DNA of 64,000 nucleotides from a virus (IMGVR_UViG_2740892442_000004); one strand, 5' to 3'. Counted from the stretch's first letter, positions 1-10,356 are shown. Program-made: numbers and translations. The notes: generated from the sequence alone by a model not told the origin.

Positions 1-671
1 AGTTTTCTAATATGCTCATCGGCTATTCTGCCAACAAATTCATAACGTTTTGTGTCGGGGCCAAGAGCTATATCCCTTGTAAAGTACTGCTGAGAACCGG
101 CTTTGACCCAGCATTCAATCTGATAAACTTCCATTATTAGCCCACCATATGTAGCGTAGGCATATTTGAGATTCTCGTCTCTTGGAACCTTTGCCCATAC
201 GCCACGCGTAGCTTCATATAATGCCAGAGCGGACATTCCTGACTTGTAGGTGCTGTTTAGCAGGAAGGCAAGACCGGCGTGCTCAGGAGCAATTTCAGTT
301 TCCTCTTGCAGCACTAAGTGATGGTAGGCGTCCAGTGATATTCTGCCCATCATGGAACCACTTCCTCGTACCTTATTCGTAAGCTCTCCGACCCCCATAA
401 GGTCGATGCATGTCGCCTCAACAAGTTTGGCTGTGGTTTCATCCATACCATGACGAAGAATATCTATGCCTAATTTTTTATTAGCCAAAAGTTCTTTGAT
501 CCGCATGGATTTGGGAGAGTCATCGGGATACTTGATGTGATCGAGACAACGAGTCGATTTGCCTTTTCCTATGTAAAACGGTCTTTTCATCTTGTCTTCT
601 GTATCATAGAGACAGTAAACATAGTATTTAGCCTTATCCAATGATCTCGCGTATACCGATAAATCGTCCAT
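1..671 (-). CDS. GIY-YIG-like nuclease domain protein (partial; 3' end lies beyond window start)
   Basis: Reverse translation from ATG at 669-671 gives MDDLSVYARSLDKAKYYVYCLYD...KRPFYIGKGKSTRCLDH, matching GIY-YIG spacing; no stop before position 1. Confidence 0.5.
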   Translation of the reverse strand, partial: MDDLSVYARSLDKAKYYVYCLYDTEDKMKRPFYIGKGKSTRCLDHIKYPDDSPKSMRIKELLANKKLGIDILRHGMDETTAKLVEATCIDLMGVGELTNKVRGSGSMMGRISLDAYHHLVLQEETEIAPEHAGLAFLLNSTYKSGMSALALYEATRGVWAKVPRDENLKYAYATYGGLIMEVYQIECWVKAGSQQYFTRDIALGPDTKRYEFVGRIADEHIRK

Positions 672-781
672 TATTGCATCTCTTAGCTACTGACTAATGC
701 GTTCTATTTTACACATAAGTTTTTAATCAATTTAACAGGCTCAAAGTGTAGAGCTTCTGGGCGTCTAAGACGACAAGTTAT

Positions 782-837
782 GCCTGCTTCTGTATATATA
801 AATAATAAGTAACTTATTAAATATATACGGAAGCAGG
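782..837. repeat. Long imperfect hairpin (about 17 bp arms, AT-rich loop); second copy at 47756-47812
   Basis: gcctgcttctgtatatat ... atatatacggaagcagg; near-identical arms in the second copy. Confidence 0.5.
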
Positions 838-953
838 TCTTTTAAAAGACACCACCAGAACAACTCCCTTCCGTTTCCACTTCCAAAAACTGCCACCAGT
901 CGCTATCATCCGCTCATTGTGATAAGTAAGTAACTACCTACCAGGTGAGACAC

Positions 954-1694
954 ATGAGCCAAATCTTTTTCGATACCATCGACAACGACCAGTACGACTT
1001 CATGACAGAGTGGAATACCGCTGTTATGGACAAGTGGGTCGCTGAAAACATTGGTTTGTCGCGCTGTAAAGACGAGGCTGAACTCTTCGAGACGAAGTGG
1101 TTTGATTACCGCGACATGCATCCTCTCATGGCCACCTGTCTTTTTACGGAGGCATACAAACGTCAGTACTCAAATATCATGCTGACGCACGGTCGTGAAC
1201 ACTTTGAAACAGCTCCGTTCACCACCGGGTTAAAACGCTTGCCTTATCAGGAGTTGTCGACTGCTAATAAAACGTCGCTATGGAAAGCACGCCAGTTTGC
1301 GGATCGCTATTGCTGCTCATACGACTACTTTATCTCCACTGTTCTTTCCGCAGCTGCACGACGTCTGTGGGACAAGCTGCCTCGCCCACAGCATTTGTGG
1401 CAGCCAGAACTGATTGAGATATTTGAAGAGAAATTAGCCAGACGCGCAACAACCCGTCTGGATGACTCTCTGGTTAGCTTTAAGCATATGGGAGACATGC
1501 AGTTCAACCCGATTCAGGAAAGCTATTTTGAGTGGATTCTGGAGCGTTTGCGCACCATCCCTCGCAGTAAGCGCATACGCGCAATTTTCTCCGCTATCTG
1601 GCTAATGGAAATCGTTCCAGAGCGCCTTATTTCCGCCCACTTTCCAGAAGAACTGGAAGAAGCACGGCGGTTTATTGATCCCCTATCTAATTAA
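954..1694 (+). CDS. hypothetical protein
   Basis: ORF with AGGTGAG Shine-Dalgarno 5-11 nt upstream of ATG at 954. Confidence 0.5.
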   Translation: MSQIFFDTIDNDQYDFMTEWNTAVMDKWVAENIGLSRCKDEAELFETKWFDYRDMHPLMATCLFTEAYKRQYSNIMLTHGREHFETAPFTTGLKRLPYQELSTANKTSLWKARQFADRYCCSYDYFISTVLSAAARRLWDKLPRPQHLWQPELIEIFEEKLARRATTRLDDSLVSFKHMGDMQFNPIQESYFEWILERLRTIPRSKRIRAIFSAIWLMEIVPERLISAHFPEELEEARRFIDPLSN

Positions 1695-1704
1695 CTAATA
1701 CTAG

Positions 1705-1718
1705 AAAACAATTTGTTT
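1705..1718 (+). promoter_or_regulatory. Palindromic AAAACAATTTGTTT element upstream of helicase gene
   Basis: One of seven near-identical palindromes about 20-45 nt upstream of start codons. Confidence 0.4.
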
Positions 1719-1737
1719 AAAAAACAAAGGAAAGCAC

Positions 1738-3078
1738 ATGACCGAACTTTGCCATACAGGACGCGGGCTGTCCGAAGAGTTTGATGAAGATTTCCAGAAC
1801 AGACTGACGGCATATTTTTGTCGTGATCACGAGTTTCTTACTCGTGCGGGAGATCTGGTTGTGCCTAGCCAATTTGCCAATGCGGCCAATGCCATATTGG
1901 TTAATATGGTTTCGGGCTATTACCGTATGTACAAGAGCGCGCCCTCTTCATCTGCAATTCTGGATATGCTTAAGCGTGCGAAACGCGATAAGACTATCCG
2001 TGAGGAACTATTCGCCGATGTTGTTGCTGCGTTTAAGCGCATCCTTGCAGAAAAATTGTCCGATACCTCGTACATGGTTGACCAGGTATCAACCTTCGCA
2101 AAAAGCGTAGCGTTTGATGATGCTCTGATTAAGGCTGCTGAACTGAAAGAGAAAGGCGACTTTCAGGGGGCGATGGCAATCATGGCCAAGGTTCAGCAGA
2201 TTGGATCGAACGAAGCGACCGGAATCTATGACTACTACACCTCCGCAAGTGAGCGATTGAAAGCGCGTGAATATGAGGCTTCAGAGGAGTATGTACCAAA
2301 CAGTATTACAACTGGACTCCCTCTTCTCGATAGGTTGCTGTACCAAAAAGGCTGGGCAAAGCGCGAAATGGTGCTCTTCATGGGGTTCGCTAAATCCGGT
2401 AAATCGACCGCAATGGGTGAGTTTTCCATAAACGCAACGCTTGCTGGCTACAATGTTCTGTATCTCTCGCTGGAGGTTCACACCACCATTTTATCCGACC
2501 GTTTTGATGCAAGATTGTCGGAGACGGAAATGTCCAAGCTGGTGGAACGGCGCGATGAGGTTCATCGTAAGTTGGCAGAGTTGGGAGCCACGAAGGGGAT
2601 TGGTAGTTTGTGGGTTGTCGAGCGTCCGTCAGGAAGTATGTCACCGGCAGACCTGGATCGTATGCTTAACAGCATGAAAGCCAATGGCATGGTGCCTGAC
2701 ATGGTTGTTGTCGACTACGCAGATTTGATGCGTGCCAGTTATGACCTTCGTGATGATCGCGCCAACATTCGTAGTATCTACACCGATTTACGTGCTCTTT
2801 ATGACAAGCATAACGTTGCTGGTATCACGGCGTCGCAAACAAACCGTGAAGGTGGCGCGTCAGAAGTTGCCACAATGATGCACGCTGCCGACAACATCGA
2901 AAAAGTACGTATTGCTGACCTGGTAATAACGATCAACAAAACCGAAGAAGAAGAAGCGAAAGGAGAGGCTCGTCTCTACTTTGCTGGTTCGCGTAACCAG
3001 CAGGGAGGGATCAGCATTCGCGTTAAACAAAACCTCGAACAAATGCGCTTCATTGAGCGAATCTTAGACGTTACCTAA
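1738..3078 (+). CDS. DnaB-like replicative DNA helicase
   Basis: Walker A GFAKSGKST, Walker B-like VVVDYADLM, RecA-fold C-terminal domain, 446 aa. Confidence 0.75.
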   Translation: MTELCHTGRGLSEEFDEDFQNRLTAYFCRDHEFLTRAGDLVVPSQFANAANAILVNMVSGYYRMYKSAPSSSAILDMLKRAKRDKTIREELFADVVAAFKRILAEKLSDTSYMVDQVSTFAKSVAFDDALIKAAELKEKGDFQGAMAIMAKVQQIGSNEATGIYDYYTSASERLKAREYEASEEYVPNSITTGLPLLDRLLYQKGWAKREMVLFMGFAKSGKSTAMGEFSINATLAGYNVLYLSLEVHTTILSDRFDARLSETEMSKLVERRDEVHRKLAELGATKGIGSLWVVERPSGSMSPADLDRMLNSMKANGMVPDMVVVDYADLMRASYDLRDDRANIRSIYTDLRALYDKHNVAGITASQTNREGGASEVATMMHAADNIEKVRIADLVITINKTEEEEAKGEARLYFAGSRNQQGGISIRVKQNLEQMRFIERILDVT

Positions 3079-3159
3079 AAAATAAGCGTGGAGAACACCT
3101 CCACGCTTGATTCATTGGTGAAACAACTTTTCTTTTGCCAAACCACAAAAGAAAAACAC

Positions 3160-4341
3160 ATGAGCCTTTATGTTATATCAACATTTAGGTTGGTCACAAT
3201 ATTGCCTGTTAAAAGTGGAATTATCGTGAGCGAGCTGAAAGAGCTAATTACCGAATTAGATTTTGAACAATGGTTGGATACTGAAGGTATCGTTTATCGA
3301 CGTGGAAGCGTGAGTGCTCGCGGTCGTGAAGTGAATATCAAGGAGTGTCCGGTATGCGGCAGCTCCAACTGGAAGGTATATTTCAATCTGACCAGCGGCG
3401 TAGGCAAATGCTTCGCTGGTGATCATCCCGAAGAGATTCAGTTCAATAAGCTGGTTTTCCTCAAGCACTACAGCGGCAAATCACGACGACAGTTCGAGGA
3501 ATATGTGCAGAACGCTCTTCTTTCGCAGGGGTGGGCACCAAAGAAAGAAGAAATAGTGCTTGCAAGCACAGTCGAGTTAGAGGGGCCACTTGCACTCCCT
3601 CGTCATTACGAACTTCCTATAGATGGCCGTCTTCCAGACTATCTGGTTGAACGAAACATATCGCCTGAAATGGCAAAGTATTTTGACCTACGATACTGCG
3701 TCGAAGGTAAGCACGCCTATGTAGATCCGTATACAGATCAGGTTAAAGGACAGATATTCGATATGCGAATACTGATACCGGTTTACGATCTGGATGGGGT
3801 AATGAAGACATTTCAGGGACGAGACATTACCGGTACAGCAGAACGCCGCTACCTCTTCCCTATGCAGCTGCCGGCGTCGGGTAAGTTTCTCTACAACGGC
3901 CACAACGCAGTCGGGAAACAAACAGTCGTTGTGTGTGAAGGGGCATTTGACGTAATGGGCGTGAAGCGAGCCATCTTCGACGAAAAGACGCTGAGGGATT
4001 ATGTAGAGCCAATTGGCACGTTCGGGATGCACTTGTCCGGAAATATGAATGAGGACGCTGAAGATCAGTTGGGCGCGTTCCTGACGCTCAAGGCGCGTGG
4101 ATTACGCAACGTCATCATGATGTGGGATAGCGAGAAGCAAGCGATCCGCAACACCATGTCGGCGGCCAAACGCCTCACCAGCATCGGACTAAATGTCAAA
4201 GTGGCCTGTCTGGGCGAAGAAGGTCTCGACCCCGGCGACGCGACGCCAGAGCAGATCCTCAAAGCCTATTATCGTGCCAAGCCTTACTCCAAACAGCTGG
4301 AGTTAAAATGCAAAGTGCTCGGTATCAAGTCACTCGTGTAG
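3160..4341 (+). CDS. DNA primase (zinc ribbon + TOPRIM)
   Basis: CPVCGSS...CFAGDH zinc-binding motif and VVVCEGAFDVMG TOPRIM-like motif; start set at ATG after conserved AAAGAAAAACACATG leader (ORF opens at 3088). Confidence 0.65.
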   Translation: MSLYVISTFRLVTILPVKSGIIVSELKELITELDFEQWLDTEGIVYRRGSVSARGREVNIKECPVCGSSNWKVYFNLTSGVGKCFAGDHPEEIQFNKLVFLKHYSGKSRRQFEEYVQNALLSQGWAPKKEEIVLASTVELEGPLALPRHYELPIDGRLPDYLVERNISPEMAKYFDLRYCVEGKHAYVDPYTDQVKGQIFDMRILIPVYDLDGVMKTFQGRDITGTAERRYLFPMQLPASGKFLYNGHNAVGKQTVVVCEGAFDVMGVKRAIFDEKTLRDYVEPIGTFGMHLSGNMNEDAEDQLGAFLTLKARGLRNVIMMWDSEKQAIRNTMSAAKRLTSIGLNVKVACLGEEGLDPGDATPEQILKAYYRAKPYSKQLELKCKVLGIKSLV

Positions 4342-4342
4342 T

Positions 4343-5395
4343 TTAAGTTGTGGGAGACAGACGGTTCAGGACAAACGCTGCGATATTATTTAGTGCTATA
4401 TTTAGCAAACTTGCATCATATGTTTGGTCGTTATCCTTAGGTTTAAAATTGCTGATACTGACTGTCTCACTGTGCTCATTTTCATAGAAACGTTTACTGC
4501 TTGAATCTAGGCGTTTGAGGACGTAAATTTGCCCAAATTCAATCCACTCACCTTCACCATTGAGTCCGCTCCCTGTTTTGACTGAGATGAAGTACTTTGC
4601 CAGCTTGGTTGTAATGCAGTCTTCATTTTTTTCTATGCAAACCTTAATGCCGGCGGCTTTCAAACTACGATAAATGCTGTTTGGATATGCCCCACTATAG
4701 ATTTCGCTGCTTTCAATGATAATGACGTCGTATTCTTCCTTTGGCTCAATAGATAAAGCTTCAGGCTCCAAATCATCCTTGTGAAAAATAAATCCTAAAA
4801 GACGCTCAAGTTCATCTGTTAATTTGAACATGGGGTTCGCTTGGATCTCGCCAGCCCTGTCTTCGTAGACGAGACCCGAGGTTATGAGCTTATTTAGCGA
4901 TCTCAGAGCCATTCCACTTTTTTGTGATGTGAGGCTAACTTGGGCTAATACAGTTGATTTATAGCCTTTTATTGGCGAGCTTGTTGTGATGTAAAGTTTG
5001 CGCGCATATTCAATATCAAAGCAGGTTAACCCACTCAGTATGTGGATAAAAAATAGTTTTTCATCGTCGTTAAGGCTGCTGCGGGCTAGGCTTACCGTCA
5101 AGCGAATGTAGTATTCTGTTTTCTTGTCTTCATCATCAAGCACGAGCTTTTTGACTAACGCCGAAAAGTGTTCTCTTGAGATATCGACCTCATCGTCGCA
5201 AATTTCACCAATGCCCATAATGTAACGGTTGAATCGATCACGACAAGTCGTCGCATTTATCTCTGAGAACAACGTGAACATTTTTTCCGCTGCCTCAATA
5301 TGAGGTCCAACAAGCGGTATAGATTTGGCAAACGCCAAACCAGTTTCTTTCAATACCTTCCTGTGTTGCATCACGTTTTTGGACAACGTTGTCAT
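4343..5395 (-). CDS. hypothetical protein, AT-rich, opposite strand; possible PD-(D/E)xK-like C-terminal region
   Basis: 350 aa ORF convergent with primase; lower GC than flanks; YDVIIIE...VCIEKNED weakly nuclease-like. Confidence 0.45.
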   Translation of the reverse strand: MTTLSKNVMQHRKVLKETGLAFAKSIPLVGPHIEAAEKMFTLFSEINATTCRDRFNRYIMGIGEICDDEVDISREHFSALVKKLVLDDEDKKTEYYIRLTVSLARSSLNDDEKLFFIHILSGLTCFDIEYARKLYITTSSPIKGYKSTVLAQVSLTSQKSGMALRSLNKLITSGLVYEDRAGEIQANPMFKLTDELERLLGFIFHKDDLEPEALSIEPKEEYDVIIIESSEIYSGAYPNSIYRSLKAAGIKVCIEKNEDCITTKLAKYFISVKTGSGLNGEGEWIEFGQIYVLKRLDSSSKRFYENEHSETVSISNFKPKDNDQTYDASLLNIALNNIAAFVLNRLSPTT

Positions 5396-5578
5396 AGACC
5401 TAAGCCTTGTGTGTTTAACGTATTAGTTAAGTGAAATCATATAGAAGTGACCTGACAGCTACAACTGGACAAGATTAAGAGCATTTTTTATAAACGAAAA
5501 TAAACGCCTACATTGATAAGTAGATACATACTTATATTTCTGTAAGAATATGCTCGACGAAGGAATTGAGGAACCTTT

Positions 5579-6373
5579 ATGAAAGCAGATATTCAGAAGT
5601 CCGTTACCGAAATCATCGACAAATCAGGCGTAGAAATTGATACAGAAGAGCGCCAGAAGATTATCGATGAGGCGATCCAGACTGCGCTGGAGCACATCGC
5701 CACGTCTGTGAGCACCGCACCTCTTTCGGAAGGCTCGAAATACATGCGGGTCTGGGTTCGTTTTGGGGAGTCCCCGGAGCTGCCTGGTGTTAAACAGAAA
5801 CGCGCGGCACTCGTGGCGTTCACTCGCAAAATGAAGGACGCAACGGTCGAAGTACGCGCCGGTGCATGGTACGACGGTCGCGTTGTCTACACCAATCAGG
5901 CAGTGTGCGATGAAGGTGAACGGTTTGAGGAAATTGTCGACGCGACTCTTCGCGCGATCAAAGGCAGGGCTGGCGTAGAGGATGATCCTTCTATCGCGGC
6001 GTTCCTGAGCATTGTCGAACTGCCTGAAGTTACCGAACGCGTTACAGATCTGACAACCCCACCTGGTTTGCTGGAGTTGGTGGTCAGTGGCGATACCAAA
6101 AAAGCCGTTGAGCGCATTCGTGAGGTGGAATACGGCATCATCTGCGATATGTGCCGCAGCGACTTAGACCTGGTGCGCATCATTGTCGACGCGGGTCAGA
6201 CATGTGACGGTGTGCTCGCCAGTTTTGCAGGGCAGGTGGCACGCCTGGCCAACGAGCTGCCGATGATTAAACAGGAGGCAAAATCCTACGCCGTCCACCA
6301 TGCCAACGATTTACTGGAACCATACCGGTTCGAAGCCGCTCAGGACAAAATGACTGGCTGGGCTACCTGGTAA
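5579..6373 (+). CDS. hypothetical protein
   Basis: 264 aa ORF, GAGG Shine-Dalgarno before ATG. Confidence 0.5.
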   Translation: MKADIQKSVTEIIDKSGVEIDTEERQKIIDEAIQTALEHIATSVSTAPLSEGSKYMRVWVRFGESPELPGVKQKRAALVAFTRKMKDATVEVRAGAWYDGRVVYTNQAVCDEGERFEEIVDATLRAIKGRAGVEDDPSIAAFLSIVELPEVTERVTDLTTPPGLLELVVSGDTKKAVERIREVEYGIICDMCRSDLDLVRIIVDAGQTCDGVLASFAGQVARLANELPMIKQEAKSYAVHHANDLLEPYRFEAAQDKMTGWATW

Positions 6374-6390
6374 GCCTTGATAAACCATTT

Positions 6391-6413
6391 AGCCCCCTGG
6401 TGGGGCTTTTTTA
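6391..6413 (+). terminator. Rho-independent terminator
   Basis: agccccctggtggggct followed by a T-run. Confidence 0.55.
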
Positions 6414-6454
6414 AACTGCGCTCAATAAGTAAGTACACGACTACGGTTAGAAGC

Positions 6455-6919
6455 ATGTCCACAAAAACAGATTTGTCGAAAATCCCGTCTATCTCCGGAA
6501 ACAACGGTTATTCGCTGCGCTGTCAGGAAGTGAAGATCAACGGCCATGAGGCCCATTGCAGCTATACAGTCTGCCAGCACACCATCCTCGCCTACAAAGA
6601 GAAGCGTCTCCCAGCGACATCGTTCCAGTCCTGCGCTGCGGCCATTGCTGCTGGAAAATGCCAGGCGCTGAAGATGATGGTCGAAGAGATCCGCAAAGGC
6701 GAACAGCTCTACTTCATCGATATGGCTGCGCTTATCAAAGAAGTGGAAGAGCAAAACGACCACGCCAGAACGCTTACCCGGAAGCGCAACACCATGACGA
6801 TTCAACGCACGAAGAAAACAGAACCAGCCAAACCCGAAACCACGTCCACCGATTCACTGGCGCCTGTCACTGACGTGTACGCGGCACTCATTGAAGAAGC
6901 AACCAAAGAAAACACATGA
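6455..6919 (+). CDS. hypothetical Cys-rich protein
   Basis: ORF opens at 6377; start placed at ATG 6455 downstream of the intergenic palindromic motif. Confidence 0.4.
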   Translation: MSTKTDLSKIPSISGNNGYSLRCQEVKINGHEAHCSYTVCQHTILAYKEKRLPATSFQSCAAAIAAGKCQALKMMVEEIRKGEQLYFIDMAALIKEVEEQNDHARTLTRKRNTMTIQRTKKTEPAKPETTSTDSLAPVTDVYAALIEEATKENT

Positions 6920-6953
6920 AAACTCCCGAGCGACCGATGGAAGTTAAACACTA

Positions 6954-8276
6954 ATGGAAAAACTGATCGCCCTAAAGCACAAGCTGGATGCCATAAAAAC
7001 GATGGGAACCAACGCCAAAAAAGAGGCGCTGGCCAACCTTGATGAATTTGAGCAGAGCATGGTCTCGCTAATGCTCAACCCATTCATTCGATTCGGTGTG
7101 AAGAAGTACAAAGTGGTCGAGCCACTCGATACTTCCGTACCCATCGACCAGAAGGTAGTCGAGCTGCTGGAGAAGCTGGCGGCGCGCGAACTGACCGGGA
7201 ACGCGGCCATTACTGCTGTTGAGTCTATCGTGGCGTCAATGTGCGCCGATGGGCAGGACGTGTTCCGTCGTTTCCTCTTAAAAGACCCGAAAGCGGGTGT
7301 TGGGATTAGCCTATGCAACAAGGTTTTTGAAAATCCCATTCCGAAATTCGAGGTGCAGCTGGCGTCACCGTATAAAGAAAAAGGCGACAAATACCCCTTC
7401 AAGCCAAACCCTAAAGCAAAATGGCCTATGATTGGCAGCCTTAAGCTCGATGGTTTGCGAGTAATTTGCGAGGTTATTGTTGACGAAGAAGAGGTTAACT
7501 TCCTTTCTCGTACTGGTAATCCAATCACGTCTCTCGATCACCTAAAGCCAGCCATGCTCGAATTAGGCAAACTTTCAGGCCACAAACACATCTTCTTCGA
7601 TGGTGAAGGAACTGCCGGTTCATTTAACCAGTCCGTATCTGCATTGCGCAAAAAGAACGTGCAGGCAATTGGCGCTATTTATCATGTTTTCGACTTCTTC
7701 CTACCGGAATGGCGGGCACAGGCTAAATCCAAAGAGTATGCAAAGACAGGTATGAAGCTGAAAGAGCGCCTGGCTATTCTCGTGGCGTTGTTCAAAAACG
7801 ATCGCAGTGAAGGCTACACACAAGACATTCACCTGCATCCGTTCTATATCATCCATAGCCACGAAGACTTCATCGAACGCTTCATGAAACGCCTGGACGA
7901 TAACGAAGAAGGGGAGATGGGCAAAGATCCGAACTCTGTTTACGAGTTTAAACGTACCCGCAGCTGGTGGAAGTTAAAAGACGAAGATTCAGAAGATGGT
8001 GAAATTATCGACTTTGAGCCGGGCGACCCGGACTCTGGTTTTGCCAACACGCTTGGAAAAATTGTTATTCGCCTTGAAAACGGTGTGATTGTTCGTGCGA
8101 GCGGCATTAAGCATAAATATCTGGACGAGATCTGGAACAACAAAGAGAAGTACCGTGGTCGTATTGTCGAGGTTCATTGTCACGAGAAAACGCCGGATGG
8201 CAGCTTACGCCACCCACGACTGAAATGGCCTCGTTGCTTACGCGATACCGAAGATCGAATCGGAGATAAAGAATGA
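6954..8276 (+). CDS. ATP-dependent DNA ligase
   Basis: Nucleotidyltransferase motif I SLKLDGLR, motif III FFDGE, motif V WWKLK, LRHPR motif VI-like. Confidence 0.7.
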   Translation: MEKLIALKHKLDAIKTMGTNAKKEALANLDEFEQSMVSLMLNPFIRFGVKKYKVVEPLDTSVPIDQKVVELLEKLAARELTGNAAITAVESIVASMCADGQDVFRRFLLKDPKAGVGISLCNKVFENPIPKFEVQLASPYKEKGDKYPFKPNPKAKWPMIGSLKLDGLRVICEVIVDEEEVNFLSRTGNPITSLDHLKPAMLELGKLSGHKHIFFDGEGTAGSFNQSVSALRKKNVQAIGAIYHVFDFFLPEWRAQAKSKEYAKTGMKLKERLAILVALFKNDRSEGYTQDIHLHPFYIIHSHEDFIERFMKRLDDNEEGEMGKDPNSVYEFKRTRSWWKLKDEDSEDGEIIDFEPGDPDSGFANTLGKIVIRLENGVIVRASGIKHKYLDEIWNNKEKYRGRIVEVHCHEKTPDGSLRHPRLKWPRCLRDTEDRIGDKE

Positions 8277-8488
8277 TCGTATTAAGTAAACGGGAGAAGG
8301 AAACGCTTCATGAAATCAGTAAGTGGCCGGAGTTCCCTGAGTACTGGAAGCCTAAAACGCGAGCTAAGTTAGAGCGTTTAGGGTTGGTTGCAAACGTTTC
8401 TGAAACGTGGTGTTCGGCCAACTACCAGTTAACTGATAAAGGGAAAGTATTGCTACAGCAATTAGTAGAATCAGGAGCGTTAAAATGA
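8273..8488 (+). CDS. hypothetical small protein
   Basis: 71 aa ORF with ATGA overlap to ligase stop. Confidence 0.4.
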   Translation: MIVLSKREKETLHEISKWPEFPEYWKPKTRAKLERLGLVANVSETWCSANYQLTDKGKVLLQQLVESGALK

Positions 8489-8637
8489 TTCCATACATCT
8501 CATTAGCTTTTATGGGTGGCTTCCTTATCGGCTTCGGCATCTGTCGTGATTTAATTAAGCAGGAACTTAAAACCAAAACACTGTGCATCGGAAAGCGTGT
8601 GTATCGGGTAGTTCATGAAACAAAGGTTAGAAAATGA
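8485..8637 (+). CDS. small membrane protein (50 aa)
   Basis: AGGAG Shine-Dalgarno before ATG; hydrophobic MIPYISLAFMGGFLIGFGI; overlaps neighbours by ATGA. Confidence 0.35.
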   Translation: MIPYISLAFMGGFLIGFGICRDLIKQELKTKTLCIGKRVYRVVHETKVRK

Positions 8638-8924
8638 GCAATTTAACTTCTTGGGACTGGTGGTTGGCCACCTATTTCTTAGCGGCCGGAGTCGCATTCG
8701 CCTTTTACGTAGGTCAGTTAGTCGTAAAACTGTTGCTGATTAAATTTGCTAGTCATAAACGTATCGATGATGGTCTGTGGCGTCTTGGCACCCTGGTGGA
8801 AACTCGCTACGGGCAACTTAAGGAGAACGAAACCATTACTATCCAGGCGAAACGATTCACTGCCACCATCACAAGAACACCTAGTCGTAGAGTGGCCTTG
8901 ATCAAAAAAGTCACAACCGAATAA
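8634..8924 (+). CDS. hypothetical membrane protein
   Basis: N-terminal hydrophobic helix WDWWLATYFLAAGVAFAFYV. Confidence 0.45.
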   Translation: MSNLTSWDWWLATYFLAAGVAFAFYVGQLVVKLLLIKFASHKRIDDGLWRLGTLVETRYGQLKENETITIQAKRFTATITRTPSRRVALIKKVTTE

Positions 8925-9702
8925 AAACATCACGATAAGTATTTACTTACTTATCTTTTATGTATAAGATGACTTTGTTTTCGTTGAGACGCGACTGTTT
9001 GAACTTAAATACAAGTGCAAACGAAGAAGTCTATCTGGCAGTAGCCTAATAAGCCAAACACCAGCGAGGTCAGTTTCCAGCCTCGTTACCGAAATGGGAC
9101 ACACTGAGCGAGTGTGATTGCAGAACGCAGGAGGGAACATGAGTGTTCCCTCCGATGAAGTAACAGAATGGGCGGTTGGTATATTTTCAACTCCATATGA
9201 CTCCCGGATTCTTAGCCACTGACCGCCCATCCTGTTACGTCATTTTGTTCAATTATGTCGTTTATACTGGGTTAAAAAGCGGCGACGTAGCCCGGCTGGT
9301 ATGGTTAGCCAGCACACAACGTTGAGGCCATTACATTTTTATCAATTCTAAGGTTCTATTCACAGAGATACCGGCGAGCGTTGATATGTAACATGTTGGG
9401 CAAACATTCAATCGGAGTAGTGGCCTCAACGTTGTGAAGACGGGATTGTTGTGTAGGTTTAACCACTGTTGCCATTGGTGCCTGTTTTCACAACAAATGA
9501 TTCCATACATCACATTGTATAAATTACAAAGTAGGTGCTGTCCTCAGAAACATCATCTACTTAAAGATTTTGCCTTCTACTATTGAGCGAAGTCGAAAGC
9601 GTCTGGCACTAACGAAAAGTGCAAGTAGCGGTGCGTTTCCTGGCAGAAACTAAACCGTCGCGATTGGCACTGTTGAGTAATAAATACTGGCAGTGCTGAA
9701 TT

Positions 9703-9777
9703 GATGGTGTAGCTCAGCGGTAGAGCAGTTGGCTGTTAACCAACTGGTCGGTGGTTCGAATCCACCCACCATCGCCA
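9703..9777 (+). tRNA. tRNA-Asn (anticodon GTT)
   Basis: Cloverleaf: acceptor gatggtg/caccatc, D-arm tagctcagcggtagagc, anticodon loop ctGTTaa, T-loop ggttcgaatcc, CCA end. Confidence 0.75.
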
Positions 9778-9782
9778 ATTTA

Positions 9783-9869
9783 GGGGAGTTAGTCCGTAGA
9801 GGTAGCGGTGTAGACTGTAAATCTACTGTCATGGCGACTCGGGTGGTTCGACTCCATCACTCCCCACCA
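9783..9869 (+). tRNA. tRNA-Tyr (anticodon GTA), long variable arm
   Basis: Acceptor ggggagt/actcccc, anticodon stem-loop gtagaCTGTAAAtctac, T-loop ggttcgactcc, CCA end. Confidence 0.65.
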
Positions 9870-9873
9870 AATT

Positions 9874-9949
9874 GCCGGTTTAGCTCAGTTGGTAGAGCAG
9901 TCGCTTTGTAAGCGAATGGCCAGCGGTTCAAGTCCGTTAACCGGCACCA
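9874..9949 (+). tRNA. tRNA-Thr (anticodon TGT)
   Basis: Acceptor gccggtt/aaccggc, D-arm tagctcagttggtagagc, anticodon loop ttTGTaa, T-loop ggttcaagtcc, CCA end. Confidence 0.65.
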
Positions 9950-10269
9950 ACACAACAGGTAAGAGCATTGGGCGAATCGGCGATACTGACCCACAAGGCC
10001 GTAAATCGATAGAGTCAGACCAGTGCTCTTACCGTTGTGAGGAAGTGCAGCTCTTTGAAGCAACCAGAAGATAAGCATCTGGCTTCACAACACAACGATA
10101 ATATCATTACGGTTAATCGTCGTTCATGTGCACAATGACTGGTCGAAAGGTAGTGATCTTACCGTTGTGATGAATGCACAGGCTGATGTGCCGCAACTAC
10201 AGTAGTGCGCGCTTTGCGGGGCTTGCTACAACCCTGTGTCGGAGTTCAGCACCGACCATCACAATAGCT

Positions 10270-10356
10270 GGAGAGTAGGGAGCATGGTGCTCAAGCGGTC
10301 TTGAAAACCGTCCCATTGTGCAAACGATGATGGTTCGATTCCATTACTCTCCGCCA
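10270..10356 (+). tRNA. tRNA-Ser (anticodon TGA), long variable arm
   Basis: Acceptor ggagagt/actctcc, anticodon stem-loop gcggtCTTGAAAaccgt as in enterobacterial tRNA-Ser(UGA), T-loop ggttcgattcc, CCA end. Confidence 0.7.

Noticed and set aside
9950-10270. Additional tRNA genes between tRNA-Thr and tRNA-Ser
   Set aside because: Inverted repeats are present but no segment folds into a cloverleaf with acceptor stem, anticodon loop and T-loop consensus.
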